Origin: Octopus vulgaris
Lineage: Eukaryota
Direction: 5' to 3'
Assembly: GCA_951406725.2 (NCBI GenBank)
Contig: OX597814.1
Coordinates: 139,376,001-139,440,000 of the forward strand
DNA length: 64,000 bases
A model generated the notes under the pieces. That model did no database searches. It was given only the letters and a program-made list of their open reading frames with translations, and had not been told where the DNA came from. Positions 1-13,107 of this stretch are shown in pieces. The translations under genes were made by a program, and so were the position numbers. Position 1 is the stretch's first letter, and each line of letters opens with the position of its first letter.

Positions 1-545
1 AATATACTCACACACATAACTAGAGAAGGAGAAGGAGCAGGATAGAGTGGAAGGAGTTAAAACGTCTGATGTCAAATAAGTCAGCACTGAATCAGCAACT
101 CCAAATAGACAGTCTCATATGTGGTTGAGCTGGATCAGACAGTAAAGTACATGATGCTTTGTAGTGTCTAGTTTAATACCTAGTTCAAATCTTGCTATCA
201 ACTATTTTTTTTCATTCTCCTAGGGCTGATAAAATAAGTACCAATACAATATCATAAAAGTTACTTAGAGTTTTTCTTAAGTATTTAAAAACTTTTTTAG
301 CCTTTAGCTCCAGCAAAGCTATTCTAGGACTGTGGAGTTGGTACACAAAATTATTGACTCTGACTCCTCAATTTTAATTACCTCTGGTTCTGACTCCTCA
401 ACTTGTAATTAGAATAATTGTACATTCCTTATGTTGATTAATAGTATACAACTTACATGACCAAAGTAGGTTACTTTTTATCACCCTAATCTATTAAAGG
501 TTATAGCTGTGATGTTATCTATCAAAGAACTTTCACTTGATATAA

Positions 546-1083
546 CCCTTCAGCATTTAAACTGGCCCAAATACTGTTTTATGTTCAAACAAGCCAGATC
601 TGACACCTTGTACCTACCCTACAATGTCATTCTAAAAATAAACAGTCATACCATTAAAATTTCAAAGCTATGAGATGATGCACAATTAATTCAATACAAT
701 GTGAATAAATAAACATTACATTTGATGCATGGTTTAGTGGTTTGGGCATTCAGCTCATGATCATAAGGCCATGAGTTCAATTCCCAACGACACATTGTGT
801 CCTTGAGCAAGACACTTTATTTCACGTTTTCTCCAGTCCACTCAGCTGACAAAAATGAGTAGTACCTGTATTTCAAAGGGTCGGCCTTGTCATACTCTGT
901 GTCACGCTGAATCTCCCTGAGAACTAAGTTAAGGGTACACAGGTTCATGGAGTGTTCAGTCATCTACATGTTAATTTCATGAGCAAGCTATTCCATTGAT
1001 CGTATCAGCTGGGACCCTCGTCATCGTGACCGACAGAGTGCCCCTACTCCTACATTTGGCAGAGTAATCTGAATGTTAAAGGG
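546..1083. mobile_element. piggyBac-type MITE (CCCTT..AAGGG termini) with a nested SINE
   Basis: ataa|CCCTTCAGCATT ... AATGTTAAAGGG|ttaa. The same family recurs at 1786-2004, ~18620-18880, ~28345-28500 and ~37500-37695. Confidence 0.6.
725..1050 (+). mobile_element. tRNA-derived SINE nested in the MITE
   Basis: A-box/B-box-like head (tggtttagtgg ... gagttcaattcc) followed by ttgtgtccttgagcaagacacttt. An inverted copy of the same family lies at ~60520-60845. Confidence 0.7.
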
Positions 1084-1785
1084 TTAAACATAAACACAAG
1101 CATGGCTATGGAGGTTAAGAAGCTCACTTTGCAACTACATAGTTTTGGGTTCAGTCCCATTGTGCAGCACCATGGGCAAGTTTGTCATTGTCCCCACCAC
1201 CACTTGACAACCAGTGTTGGTTTGTTTACATCCACATAACTTAGTGGTTCAGCAAAAGGGACTGATAGGATAAGCACCAGACTTTAATAAAAAATAAGTA
1301 CTTGGGTCAATTTGTTTGACCAAACCCTTCAAGAAAGTGCTCCAGCTTGGTCACAGTCCAATAACTGAATCAAGAAAAAGATAAAAGATAAAGAAATACT
1401 ACATCTATTGAAGAGGGATTAAATAAAAAATCCATATCCAAAGTTTACTAATCTTAAAACCAGAATTGCTTCTACTAGGTCCTCTTTCATTGGAGCCATT
1501 AAATCTAATTTGAATATTTTCAAATTAGTATTTTTGAAATTAATCAAATTAGTACCTGTGAAATTGAAAGTTTTAGTTCATTATATTACATTTTACATTT
1601 CAATTTATCATGCAATAGTCAGTTTCATTATCACTCTTTATGTCAACCCCTGATATTTTTCGTTATGGAATCAATGAAGCAAAGCTACATACTTTTACAA
1701 ATACAATGCATCAGCCCTTTTAATATTAAACCCCCTAAGACTGCCCTTGGTTCTGTTATGCAAACTCTCTGTTAAAATGATTTAA

Positions 1786-2004
1786 CCCTTTAGTATTTAA
1801 ACCGGCCATATCCGGCCAAAATAGTTAATCTGTTTTATGTTCAAACTGACCAGATCCAGGCTCTCACACCTACCCTACAATGTTATTCTACATTAAGTAA
1901 TTACACCATCAACATCTTGAAGATATGAGATAATGCATGATTAATTCAAATCAATGTGAATCAATAAGCATTATGTTTGATAGAATAATCTGAACACTAA
2001 AGGG
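1786..2004. mobile_element. piggyBac-type MITE, TTAA TSD
   Basis: TTAA|CCCTTTAGT ... ACTAAAGGG|TTAA. Confidence 0.75.
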
Positions 2005-2309
2005 TTAAATTAAAATCTTCCATCAAAATTTCATGGAGATTTATGTTCCAAACATCAGATTAATAATAACAGAATTATTTTACTAAATTTTTAATTATTT
2101 TCAAAATTAATTTAAAATAAAGGCAGTGTATGTCTACAGAAATATGGTAATGACTGAGTTAAATATATTGGTTTCGAATTTTGAAACAAGGCCAGGAGTT
2201 TAGGGGGAAAGGGATAAATTAACTAAATCGACTCTACTGCTACTTATTTTATTGACCCCTAAAGGATGAAAGGCAAAATCAACCCCAACAGAATTTGAAC
2301 TCAGAGCTT

Positions 2310-2744
2310 GTATTGTATTGGCATCCTTTCCGTCTCGGGAAACAATGGAGTTGCGCATGTTTTTTTTTTTTTGTTTTTTTTTGTAGTCTAGTCCGGCTTT
2401 TATATTTCATGTCCTGATACATTTCCTGCTGTGGCTGTGTAGTCCTATCCTGGACAAACACTCCCTCTGGCAGGTACCGCAAATGTAGCGAAGACTGTTC
2501 CTGGCTGGTTGTAGTGCCATAGTCTCTTGTTTACATCTCTTCCTTTCTTTCCATTTCTCCTCTCTCTCTCTGTCACTCTTTTGTATTCCCTCTTTTACTG
2601 TACGTCGCCATTCTCCACGGTTGCCGGTAATTGCCTCCCAACCACTAATATTGATGTTGCAGGCCTTCATATTCCTTTTGCAAACATCCCTGTAACATAA
2701 GATCGGTCTACCCACAGACCTAGTACCCCTAGCAAGCTCTCCGT
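2310..2744 (-). mobile_element. 5'-truncated RTE-like LINE 3' end with C-terminal C2H2 zinc finger, inserted in a SINE
   Basis: ORF 2407-2790 reads LYGELARGTRSVGRP...YICGTCQRECLSRIGLHSH. It has a (TACAA)n tail and a flanking direct repeat AGAGCTT at 2303-2309 and 2745-2751. Confidence 0.8.
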
Positions 2745-2934
2745 AGAGCTTAAAGACAGACAAAATGCTACTGAACATTTTGTCCAGCATGCTAACAATT
2801 CAGCCTGCTCACCACCTTAAAAGGGTTAAATATTTTAACCCCTAACTTAACCATTTTACATTCTTCTTTGAAAAGTTTAACTTTTCTTGACATCTTTTCT
2901 TTCTTTTTATTTTATTCTTTTGCTCATTTTTTGT

Positions 2935-3232
2935 AAGCCTGATACTTCTTCTATCAGTCTCTTTATTGAATCACTAAGTTACGAGGACATAAACACACCA
3001 ACATCGGTTGGCAAGCGATAGTGGGAGGGAAAAACACAAACACACACACACACACATATATATATATACGATGGGCTTCTTTCAGTTTCCATCTACCAAA
3101 TCCACACACAAGCCTTTGGTCAGCCCGAGGCTATAGTAGAAGACACTTGCCCAAGGTGCCACACAGTGGGACTGAACCTGGAACCATGTGGTTGGAAAGC
3201 ACACTTCTTATCATACAGCCACGTCTGCGCCT
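2935..3232 (-). mobile_element. tRNA-derived SINE (abundant octopus-type family)
   Basis: Reverse complement of the family core ...ccaaagccttgtgagtggatttggtagacggaaactgaaagaagcc, with an internal (CA)n/(TA)n. Confidence 0.75.
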
Positions 3233-3700
3233 GCAGTTCTATATGAACTTTTGGAGAAGAATGCTTCCAAGAATAGTTCATAGAATACTGGTTTCAGATT
3301 CTGGCACAAGACCAGCAATTTCAGGGAAGGAAGAAGTTGATTACATTGACCCCAGTATTCAACTGGTACTTATTTTATTAACCCCAACAGGAGAAAAGGC
3401 AAAATCGACCTCAACTGAATTTGAACTCAGATTGTAAAGATGGGTGAAATGCCACTAACCATTTTCCCCAGTATACTTTGTACTATAGGCACAATGCCTG
3501 AAATTTGGGAGAGGGGGATAATTGATTACATCGACCCCTTAATTTGAACTCAGAATGTAGTGGCAGATGAAATACCACTAAGCATTTCAGCCAGCATGCT
3601 AATGACTCTGCTAGCTCACCACCTTTTGCTCAGTATACTTACGATTCTGCCAGCTTGCTACCTTAGTTTGTAGAAATATTAAGTTTAATTCAATATGAAT

Positions 3701-4090
3701 AGACGGAGGAGTGGCTGTGTGGTAAGTAGCTTGTTTACGAACCACATGGTTCCGGGTTCAGTCCCACTGCGTGGCACCTTGAGCAAGTGTCTTCTACTAT
3801 AGCCTCAGGCCAACCAAAGCCTTGTGAGTGGATTTGGTAGACGGAAACTGAAAGAAGCCCGTCGTATATATGTATGTGTGTGTATATATTTGTGTGTCTG
3901 TGTTTGTTCCCCCAACATCGCTTGACAATCGATGCTGGTGTGTTTACGTCTCCATAACTTAGCGGTTCGGCAAAAGAGACTGATGGAATAAGTACTAGGC
4001 TTACAAAGAATAAGTCCTGGGGTCGATTTGCTCGACTAAAGGCGGTGCTCCAGCATGGCCACAGTCAAATGACTGAAACGAGTAAAAGAG
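3701..4090 (+). mobile_element. full-length tRNA-derived SINE (OR1/OR2-like, family assignment unverified)
   Basis: Head ggagtggctgtgtggtaag...gggttcagtcccac, core, internal microsatellite, tail ...aatgactgaaacgagtaaaagag. More than 10 copies occur in the window. Confidence 0.8.
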
Positions 4091-4617
4091 TATGAACAGG
4101 TCATCATCATCACCATTTTGATATTCACTTTTCCATGCTTGCAACGGTCAGATTTTCTAAAACAGGATACTCTTCCTGTTGCTAACCCTCACCTGTTTCT
4201 GAACATGGTCATATGTCCCTTAATTCTTCAAATATGACTACCTCAATGACCAGACATCGTTACATGGAAGATTGATAGGATTAACTGAACAGCGTGCTTG
4301 TGAAATTAATGTGCAAGTGGCTGAGCACTGCACTCTTCAGACATGCGTATCCTTAATGTAGTTCTCAGGGAGATTCAGTGACATGGAATGTAACAAGGCT
4401 GGCCCTTTTTAACAGGCTTCAACCATCAAATTACAGCTCAAAAATATACCCTAACCTGCAGCAGCCATTTCAAAATGTTGATTTACTTGAAGTTGAGAAA
4501 CATTTCAAAAATTCTTTTATTTCTTTCTACTTTGATTGAGTAACAACGCTATTTTCTAACTCTTAAAAATAACTAACTTTATTTTTCCGACAGTGTGCAG
4601 CAGACCTGCAAAGTACA

Positions 4618-4827
4618 CAACTCACACACACACACACACTCACACACAGATACATACTTTTACACACACACACTCACACCCTTTCTCTCTCACACTTAGA
4701 CACACACACGCACACACACAAATACATGCTTTTACACACACTCTCTCTCTCACACTCTCTCACACTCATACACTTACACACACACAAATACATACTTTTA
4801 CTCACACTCTCCCCCCCTCTCTCTCTC

Positions 4828-4859
<32 letters not shown>
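4618..4859. repeat. (CA)n/(CT)n compound microsatellite
   Basis: Directly visible. Confidence 0.9.
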
Positions 4860-4862
<3 letters not shown>

Positions 4863-5994
4863 GACTGGATGATGAACAACAAGCTATTCACTATGAATGA
4901 GTTTTACATTTCCTTTTCACTTCTGTTCCTTTCTCAGATTGAATGACAGACATACCAGTCAGTTGCATATTATAAGAGTGTCTACTGTCTCTACCACCAC
5001 CACCACCACCACCACTACTATTAATTTGTATTTCTGTTGCTGTAGTTAAAAGCTAGTGTTAACATGTTTAAAGCAATGACCATAAAAAGATCTAATTAAA
5101 ATTAATTATATGATGAGTAAAAGACATATGCTCATTGACTACTATTTATTTTAATCATTTTATACAATTATAGGAAACAACTTCAGATATATTTCAGTCT
5201 TATTAAACCTCATCATCAAGCTTACTGAAATATTGGTTTCACATTTTGGCACAAGGCCATACATTTCAGGAAAGGGGATTAAGTTTTATTATATCGACCC
5301 TAATGTTCAACTGGCACTTATTTTATTGACCCTGAAAGGATAAAAAACAAAGTAGACCTCAGCAGAATTTGAACTCTGAACATGAAAATGGATGAAATGC
5401 TGCTAAGCATTTTGCCCAGCAGGCTAACAATTCTGCCAGCTTGGTGCCTTAATGCTTACTGGAATATTAATAACAGAATCACTATATAAATGTACAATAC
5501 TGTACAAGAGTAGATGTTAGATGTGAAATATATTTAAAAATAAATGACAAATATTTATTATTGCTATACCTCTCCTTAATAGGGCTATAGTCATCAATAG
5601 CTAATTAGCATATAAGTGGATGCTTTTTATATGGTACTGGCACTACTGGTAACCTCACAAGTGTTGGAGCCTTGTAAAATTTACTCAGTACATTCTATGA
5701 AATGGTTTGCATTAGGAAGGGTATCCAGTCATAGAAACTATGCTGAAGCAGGTGTTGCAGCTTGACTCAGTCCTCTGGCTTATCAACTCCTGTCAAAACA
5801 TCCAACCCATGCCAGCATGGAAAATGAACTTTAAACAGTGATGATGTGGTGCAACCAGATGGGTTTTTTACAAAAACTAATGTCATTCTTGTAAAGAGAA
5901 ATTGCAAACAAAATAATTAAAAGAATCAAATAGTTAGAAAATATTTACAATTAAGACTTCCTCCATTTTTCTTTTTTTTTTCTTTGTGATGGAA

Positions 5995-6530
5995 AATGTC
6001 CGCTTCCCATTCTGGCATGGGTTGGACGGTTTGACTGAGGACTGGCAAGCCAGAGGTCTGCACCTAGCTCCAATATGATCTGATAAGGTTTCTACAGCTG
6101 GATACCCTTCCTAACGCCAACTACTCCGAGAGTGTAGTGGGTGCTTTTTATGTGCCACCAGCATGGGGGCCAGTCAGGCTGCACTGGCATCAACCCTGCT
6201 CAAATAGTGTTTTTTACATTCCACCAGCAAGGAACCCAGTTAGGCAGCACTGGTATTGACCACGCTTGTATAGTGCTTTTTTATGTGCCACCAGCACAGG
6301 AGCCGGTTGACCATACTCAAATGGTGCTTTTTACATTCCACCAGCACGGGTGCTTGTCAGGCAGAACTGGCATCAGCCACGACAATGATTTCACTTGACT
6401 CAACAGGTCTTCTCAAGCACAGTGCATTGCCTAATGATTGTAGAGTATTCTTAAATGGACTGGTTATGCAACACTGGCATAGGCCATGGCCATGGCCATG
6501 GTCTCACTTGGCTTGCCAGGTCTTCTCAAA
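5995..6530 (-). mobile_element. RTE LINE 3'-UTR fragment
   Basis: Homologous to 54940-55450 (gcatgggttggacgg...ttcctaacgccaac...ccgagagtgtagtggg). Confidence 0.7.
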
Positions 6531-7044
6531 CATATCCTCCCACAAAATTTCAGGCTTTTGCCTGTAGTAGAAAGGATTATGATGATGATGGTGGTGGTGG
6601 CATTGGTGATAACATTTATTTTACATGTTAGTATTCATAACAGTCAGTAGTGTAAAATATATTCAAATATTGATTTCTTACATTAGTATAATGCTAGAGA
6701 TTTGGTGGGAGGGGAAAGGAACAGTCAATTATATTGAGCCAGTACTTGACTGGCACTTCACTTTATCGATCTCAAGAGAATGAAAGGCAAATATCAGGCA
6801 CAGTTTTCTCATTTTGTTTTCAAAACAATTTATCTTTCATTCTCATATTCAAAATAAATTTCTTATAATCGTGTAATGGAATGAAAGTGTGGATTACATC
6901 TAGTTTAACCTTCCATCTTTAATGTTACTCCTGTTGGCATTTAATTTGTATTATAGTATTGGTTATATTCAAGAACTGATTATGAATTTTATATGAATAT
7001 GCTCTACACTATAGCATAATAGCAACTTAACAGATTAACAAATT

Positions 7045-7081
7045 ATATATATATATATATGTATATACATTCCTATATATC

Positions 7082-7135
<54 letters not shown>

Positions 7136-7317
7136 ATATATATGTATATACATTCCTATATATCATATATACATATATATCAATATATATATATACATAT
7201 ATATATACACACACATACACACACTCAGCGAAGAGTCAAAAGGTAACAGAAATAAAGATTGCATTATTTTTTGATTCACCCTTGTGTGTGCATGTACATG
7301 TACACACACACACACAC

Positions 7318-7350
<33 letters not shown>
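7045..7350. repeat. (TA)n/(TG)n/(CA)n microsatellite cluster
   Basis: Directly visible. Confidence 0.9.
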
Positions 7351-7351
<1 letters not shown>

Positions 7352-8651
7352 GTTTCCTTTTCTATTTATGTAAGGGGAAATTTGAACAAATTATTTATCA
7401 TGTATGCCACCCATCAAATTTGCTATTCTAATTCTTGCCACTGGTCTCTTTGACACAGTTCGAATGAGATGAGATATAAAAAAAACTGAGCAGAAGTGGA
7501 ATCAGATGTAGTGTGCAAGAGAGAAGACTGCTTTCATATGAGCATATGATGAATATTAAAGGGGACAATTGTATAAGGAAGTGATATGTGTTTAATAGGA
7601 AGGGGATCTGTGGAAGAAGGAGACTGAGAAAGAATTAGAACAATGTGGAAAGAAAGATCTGATGTTGTGTCACACAACACAGAGTTGACAAAGAACTGGC
7701 ATTCTGTACATGGGAAGACTCACCTGTCCTTGCAGGCTGAACAAAACAGATGTTAAAATTGTTTGTTTGTGTGTGTGTGTTGTGTTATTGTCATCAATCA
7801 TTTTACATCTTCTTTCTATGATGGAATGGGCTGCATGGAACCCTAAAGTCAGAATCAGCACATATTCAGGTTTCCCCAAGCCTTGTAAGTGGAATTAAGG
7901 AGACAGAAACTGCAAAATACCTGTTGAATTGATGATACTTGTTCTGGGGTGATACATTTTATTTGGCATCCAGTTTAATCACCACCGCCTAACACTTGGG
8001 TACCCTCGGTAGGGAATTCCCTCTGTGGTTAAACTAGATCTAAGGACTAAGGATATCTTGATAGCTTCATGCATTACTTGCTACTGCACCAATACAAAAA
8101 GTTATGGTTTGTTGTTCAATTTCTGTTACCTGTCTTGGAGGCCCCGGGAAAAAGCCATGGGGGCTGCTTTCCTTCTTTTGAATAAACCATTTTACTCACA
8201 CACACACTCACAACCTTGAATTATTTTATCTTTCTATATTGAAGTTCAAATCCTGCCAACCTGAAGTTGACTTACTGTTATTGATTTCTTTCAGTCAGTT
8301 ATTGAACTAAACATCATAAAGTGGTCACTCCCATTGACTAAAGATTTGAATAACTAAATAAATAAATAAGTACACATCTTTTATTTTTCATCTTTTATTG
8401 TTTCAATCATTAAACTGCGGTCATGCTAGGGCACAGCCTTGATGAATTTTTAGCCAAATGAATCAACCCCCACCCCCCTTTTTTTTTTTGTAAACCCAGC
8501 ACTTATTCTATCAGTTTCTTTTGCTGAACCACAAAGTTATGGGAGCATAAACACACTAACACTGGTTGTCAAGCTGTGGAGGTGGGAGACAAACAAAGAC
8601 ACACATGCATAGAATACATAGATGTAACAGATTGAAGCTTTCTCCCTTTAA

Positions 8652-8871
8652 CATTTTTACTTGTTTCAGTCATTTGACTGTGGCCATGCTGGAGCACTGC
8701 CTTTAGTTGAGCAAAGCGACCCCAGAGCTTATTCTTTGTATGCCTAGTACTTAATCTATAGGCCTCTTTTGCCAAACTGCTAAGTTACAGGGACGTAAAT
8801 GCATGAGCATCGGTTGTCAAGTGATGTTGCGGGGGGGACAAACACACACACACACACATACACACACACAC

Positions 8872-8911
<40 letters not shown>

Positions 8912-9100
8912 ACACACACACACACACACATATATATATGACAGGCTTCTTTCAGTTTCCGTCTACCAAATCCACTCACAAGGCTTTGGTCAGCCGAGGT
9001 TATAGTAGAAGACCCTTGCCGAAGGTGCCAGGCAGTAGGACTGAACCCGGACCCATGTTTCTGGTAAGCAAGCTACTTACCACAGCCACTCCTGCACCTA
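8652..9100 (-). mobile_element. full-length tRNA-derived SINE joined to the 3' end of a U6 retrocopy
   Basis: Same family as 3701-4090. Its head (taggtgcaggagtggctgtg on -) starts directly after the U6 T4 tail. Confidence 0.8.
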
Positions 9101-9101
9101 T

Positions 9102-9203
9102 AAAATATGGAATGCTTTGCAAATCTGCTTGTCACCCTTGCGCAGGGACCCATGCTAATATTCTCTGTATCTTTCCAGTTTTAGAATATATACTACTGTA
9201 GCT
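9102..9203 (-). pseudogene. diverged, nearly full-length U6 snRNA retrocopy
   Basis: The + strand aaaatatggaatgctttgcaaatctgcttgtcacccttgcgcagggacccatgctaatattctctgtatctttccagttttagaatatatactactgtagc aligns with the reverse complement of the array U6, with many transitions. No promoter is present. Confidence 0.9.
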
Positions 9204-9357
9204 TCTTTTAGTTTCTGTCTACCAAATTCACTCACAAGGATTTGGTTAGCCTGAGGCCATAGTAGAAGACATTTGCCCAAGATTCCATGCTGTGAGACTG
9301 AACCTGGAATCATGTGGTTGAAAAGGAAACTTCTTACCACACAGCCATGCCTGTACC
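9204..9357 (-). mobile_element. 5' half of a SINE fused to the U6 retrocopy
   Basis: Head and core run up to ...aactaaaagaAGC, overlapping U6 ...AGCTAC. Confidence 0.75.
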
Positions 9358-9467
9358 CCACATACACATAAGCTTTGAATATGCAACATATGTAATATAC
9401 AACTCTCTTTATATTTCCTTATACACAATCTGTCTCTTGCTCGTTCTTTATCTCTCTCATTTGCTCA

Positions 9468-9538
<71 letters not shown>

Positions 9539-9682
9539 TCTCTCTTGATCTATCTATTTAATTATCTATTTCTCCTCAATTTGATTGAATTTGATTTGAA
9601 TTTTTCTAAATCTATGTTTGTGTTTATAAAAGGATTTCAGTTCAATGATCTAAAACTTCTTTCTGCTGTCTATCTTTATCAG

Positions 9683-9850
9683 TATGTTGATCTAAAGAAT
9701 GCTTACCTATGTGGCTATCTGAAAATCAAAGGGCTTACAGAAGAATATCCAATACTTACAACATTTTTCGACGGTGAAATCATCAGTGAAAAGCATCCAT
9801 TTTTAACTCGTAAGTGGGATGCTGATGAAGATGTGGACAGGAAACACTGG
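9683..9850 (+). CDS. GID4: GID4 (GID/CTLH E3 ligase Pro/N-degron receptor), internal exon; upstream exon(s) not found in window
   Basis: ag|[56 protein letters not shown]|gt, 168 nt, phase 0/0. Near-identical to recalled human GID4. Confidence 0.95.
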
Positions 9851-9874
9851 GTATGTAAAATTCTCTCTATCTCT

Positions 9875-9972
<98 letters not shown>

Positions 9973-10997
9973 CTTTCTGTTGATATAACAACATGATTTG
10001 GATTTCTAATGACCTTATCAGTAAAGCATAAAATTGAAACATAGCCATATTTATCTCCCTTACTTATCAAGAAAATGATGTTTAATTGATGATTGCTACT
10101 GCTTTTCCCTTGATGATTATGTTAAGCTTTTTAAATATGTTTACACTAACTTAATTAGAATTAAATAGTATAAGGACAATGATAATAATGTCAGGATGAT
10201 TATTTTACCTATCATCATCTAAGGGAAATTAGTGGAAACTTAGAACATTCGGTCAAGAATGAAAGTATCATCATCATCATCATCATTTTACATCTTGTTT
10301 TCCATATTGGCTCAATTAGGCAAGTTGACAAACTAGAATAGTTCTTATCTGGAGTAACTGCCTTAATGTGGGGGGGGTATCCATGTGCACATGTGTGTGT
10401 AACTGAGTTTTCAGTATATCCATAAGTTTCATAGGTGTAATTAATTGAGATATAATTACCTCTCCTCCTTCTCAAACATCCCCACCACCACCACCACTTA
10501 ATCAACAGGGCCTTCCTCTTTCCCTTATTTTTTTCCCCTTTCCCTTTCCTTGTCCTTTCCAGTCTTGCAAGTTACTTGGCAACCCCATTTGTGTGAAAGG
10601 CAGGAAACAAAACATCCAGTACACACTATAAAGTGGTTAACATTAGGAAGGGTATCCAGCCATAGAAACCATCCCAAAACTGACACGGAGCATGATGCAG
10701 CTCCCTGGCCGGCCAGATCCTTTCAAACCATTGTTGGATGGTTTGACATTCATGCCAGCATGAAAAATAAATGTTAACTGATAATGATGATGATGATGAT
10801 GATATGCCACTTTTTACCTCTTTCTGACTCTACCTGATCATTCCCATCGTCCCTTCTAAAATATGAGTAGTCTTGTAGTTCCTCTTAAGCAAGAAACCTA
10901 CCAGACCTAATACATGAGTAAAAAGTCTAATACAGTCTCTATTCATGCCCTGAATATAATATCTGATTAAATTATTGTCATTTTTCTCTTTTCACAG

Positions 10998-11099
10998 GGG
11001 AAATTTTTATCATTTTTTAAATTAGCAAAAAGTTTTAATTCCGACACATTTGACTATGATGAACTTCAAAAGACAGATTGTGTATTTATGCGGTGGAAG
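10998..11099 (+). CDS. GID4: GID4 internal exon
   Basis: cag|[34 protein letters not shown]|gtaag, 102 nt. Confidence 0.95.
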
Positions 11100-11146
11100 G
11101 TAAGTTATTCCAAATGTTACATCTAGCCATATCTTTCCTCCTCCTC

Positions 11147-11211
<65 letters not shown>

Positions 11212-11289
11212 CTCTCTCTCTCTTTTACCAGTCTCTCATTAACTCTGTGATACTTATATTAAGAAGTGCATTTAAAGCCAAAAGTAATA

Positions 11290-11510
11290 CAAGCAGGTGC
11301 TGAAAACTTCCTGGCTATGGGTAAAAGAAAATACAGGAGGATCAATTAATCATGATTTTATTCAACATATTCCCCTCTCAGTTTCACACACTTATTGCAG
11401 AGGTCCTTCAGTTTTTTCTAAACCCTGTGAAAGAACTCAGAAGGTTGGGCCTCCAACTAGCTCATTCACAATACCCTTAAAGCCAGGAACTTACCAGAAC
11501 CCTTTCATAT
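11290..11510. mobile_element. degenerate Tc1/mariner-type MITE
   Basis: Homologous to 20942-21159. Confidence 0.6.
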
Positions 11511-12520
11511 ATGAGCAACATATGGAATCTTTAACTTGTCTAGTAGAGCAGTAATTTGTCAAATCAAAGACAGCATGGATAGCAGACATAAAATGGTGAT
11601 GGTGTCTGCTTAGATTATTTAAGTGTCACTAACTCTGTAACAGCTACCAGATATATTATTTGTTTGCATGCAATAATACTTATTCAAATGCATTATAACT
11701 TTAATGCTCATTGAAGCTTTAGATTTTGTTGTTTTGTTCTTGTAAAAGTTCAGTGTTTGAAGCACCAAAAAATAATTTTTTCTTCTAATTTTGGCACAAG
11801 GCCAGCAATTTTGAGGGTTTGGGGGTCAGGTTGATTATATTGACCCCCAGTATTTGACTGGTATTTATATTATTGATACTGAAAGGGTGCAAAGCAAAAT
11901 TAACCTTGGTAGAATTTGAATTCAGAATGTAAAGAGCAGGAGGAAAATGCTGCTGTGCATTTTATCTGACATGCTAACAATTCTGGCAAATTGTGATGCC
12001 TATTATCAATATATCACAGAGTTAAGAATGAAAAACAGGTGCATTTTATCATGGCGCCAGCACTAAAGAGGTTGTCATATCCTCAACAAGACTAAAGAGT
12101 CCTCTTTACTTTCTCATCGCTACTTACTCATTAAGGCTTTGTAAGTAAAAAGTTTGCTTCCCAACCCCACAATTTCAAATATCTTCTATTACAGCCTCAG
12201 GAAAAAAGAAAAGATGGCCACTACAGAAGGAATGCTTTTAATCATAATACTGCTCAATCAGGGCTAAACAACAACAATTAAAGGAAGCTTAGCAGTGGAA
12301 TTCATTGATATTTCCAAGAATGTGGAAAAATAAATCTAAAGACCCTGTCTTGGGTGAAATAACAATGCTAATTATTGTTGGTTGAACAGATTATTTCATT
12401 CAACACCAGCATTTATCATTTTTTCTTATTTTGTTAAAATGAGGATCAATGTATGTGGTACATTGCTGTACTTAAGAAGACCAACCCACAACAACATAAT
12501 TGATATCCTAAAACAAAAAA

Positions 12521-13107
12521 GTCACATAAAAAGGACTGATGCTGATTCCACATAAAAAGGACTGGTGCTGGTGCCACAGAGAAAGCACGGGTGCTGGTGG
12601 CACATAAAAAGCACTGGGCTGGTGTCACATAAAAAGCATTGATACTGGTGCCACATAAAAAGCACTGGTACTGATTCCAGATAAAAAGCACTGGTACTGA
12701 TGCCACATAAAAAGCACTGGAGCTGGTGCCACATAAAAAGCATTGATATTGGTGCCACATAAAAATCACTCGTGCTGGTTCCACATAAAAATCACTGGTG
12801 CTGGTTCCACATTAAAAGAACTGGTGCTGGTGCCACATAAAAAGCACTGGTGCTAGTGTCACATAAAAAGCACTGGTGCTGGTGTCACATAAAAGTCACT
12901 GGTGCTAGTGCCACATAAAAAGCACTGGTGCTGGTGCCACATAAAAAGCACTGGTGCTGGTGCCACATAAAAAGCATTGATATTGGTGCCACATAAAAAG
13001 CACTGGTGCTGGTGCCACATAAAAAGCATTGATATTGGTGCCACATAAAAAGCACTGGTGCTAGTGTCACATAAAAAGCACTGGTACTGGTGCCACATAA
13101 AAAGCAC
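12521..13107 (+). repeat. 26-bp minisatellite (~22 units, GCCACATAAAAAGCACTGGTGCTGGT) inside an RTE 3'-UTR copy (~12450-13270)
   Basis: Tandem units are directly visible. They are followed by the RTE tail ending in (TGA)n at ~13257-13272. Confidence 0.85.

Noticed and set aside
3021-9428. Numerous short ORFs ([23 protein letters not shown] types)
   Set aside because: Translations of microsatellites and SINE consensus sequence.
1-9682. First coding exon(s) of GID4
   Set aside because: No match to the expected upstream GxQKSKGNxYxVEV motif was seen, so it presumably lies before the window.
9314-9988. 224-aa ORF as a single-exon gene
   Set aside because: Only 9683-9850 is a GID4 exon. The remainder is SINE and (CT)n intron read-through.
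12521-13107. CRISPR-like array
   Set aside because: The units are contiguous with no unique spacers, there are no cas genes, and the context is a eukaryotic intron. It is a minisatellite.
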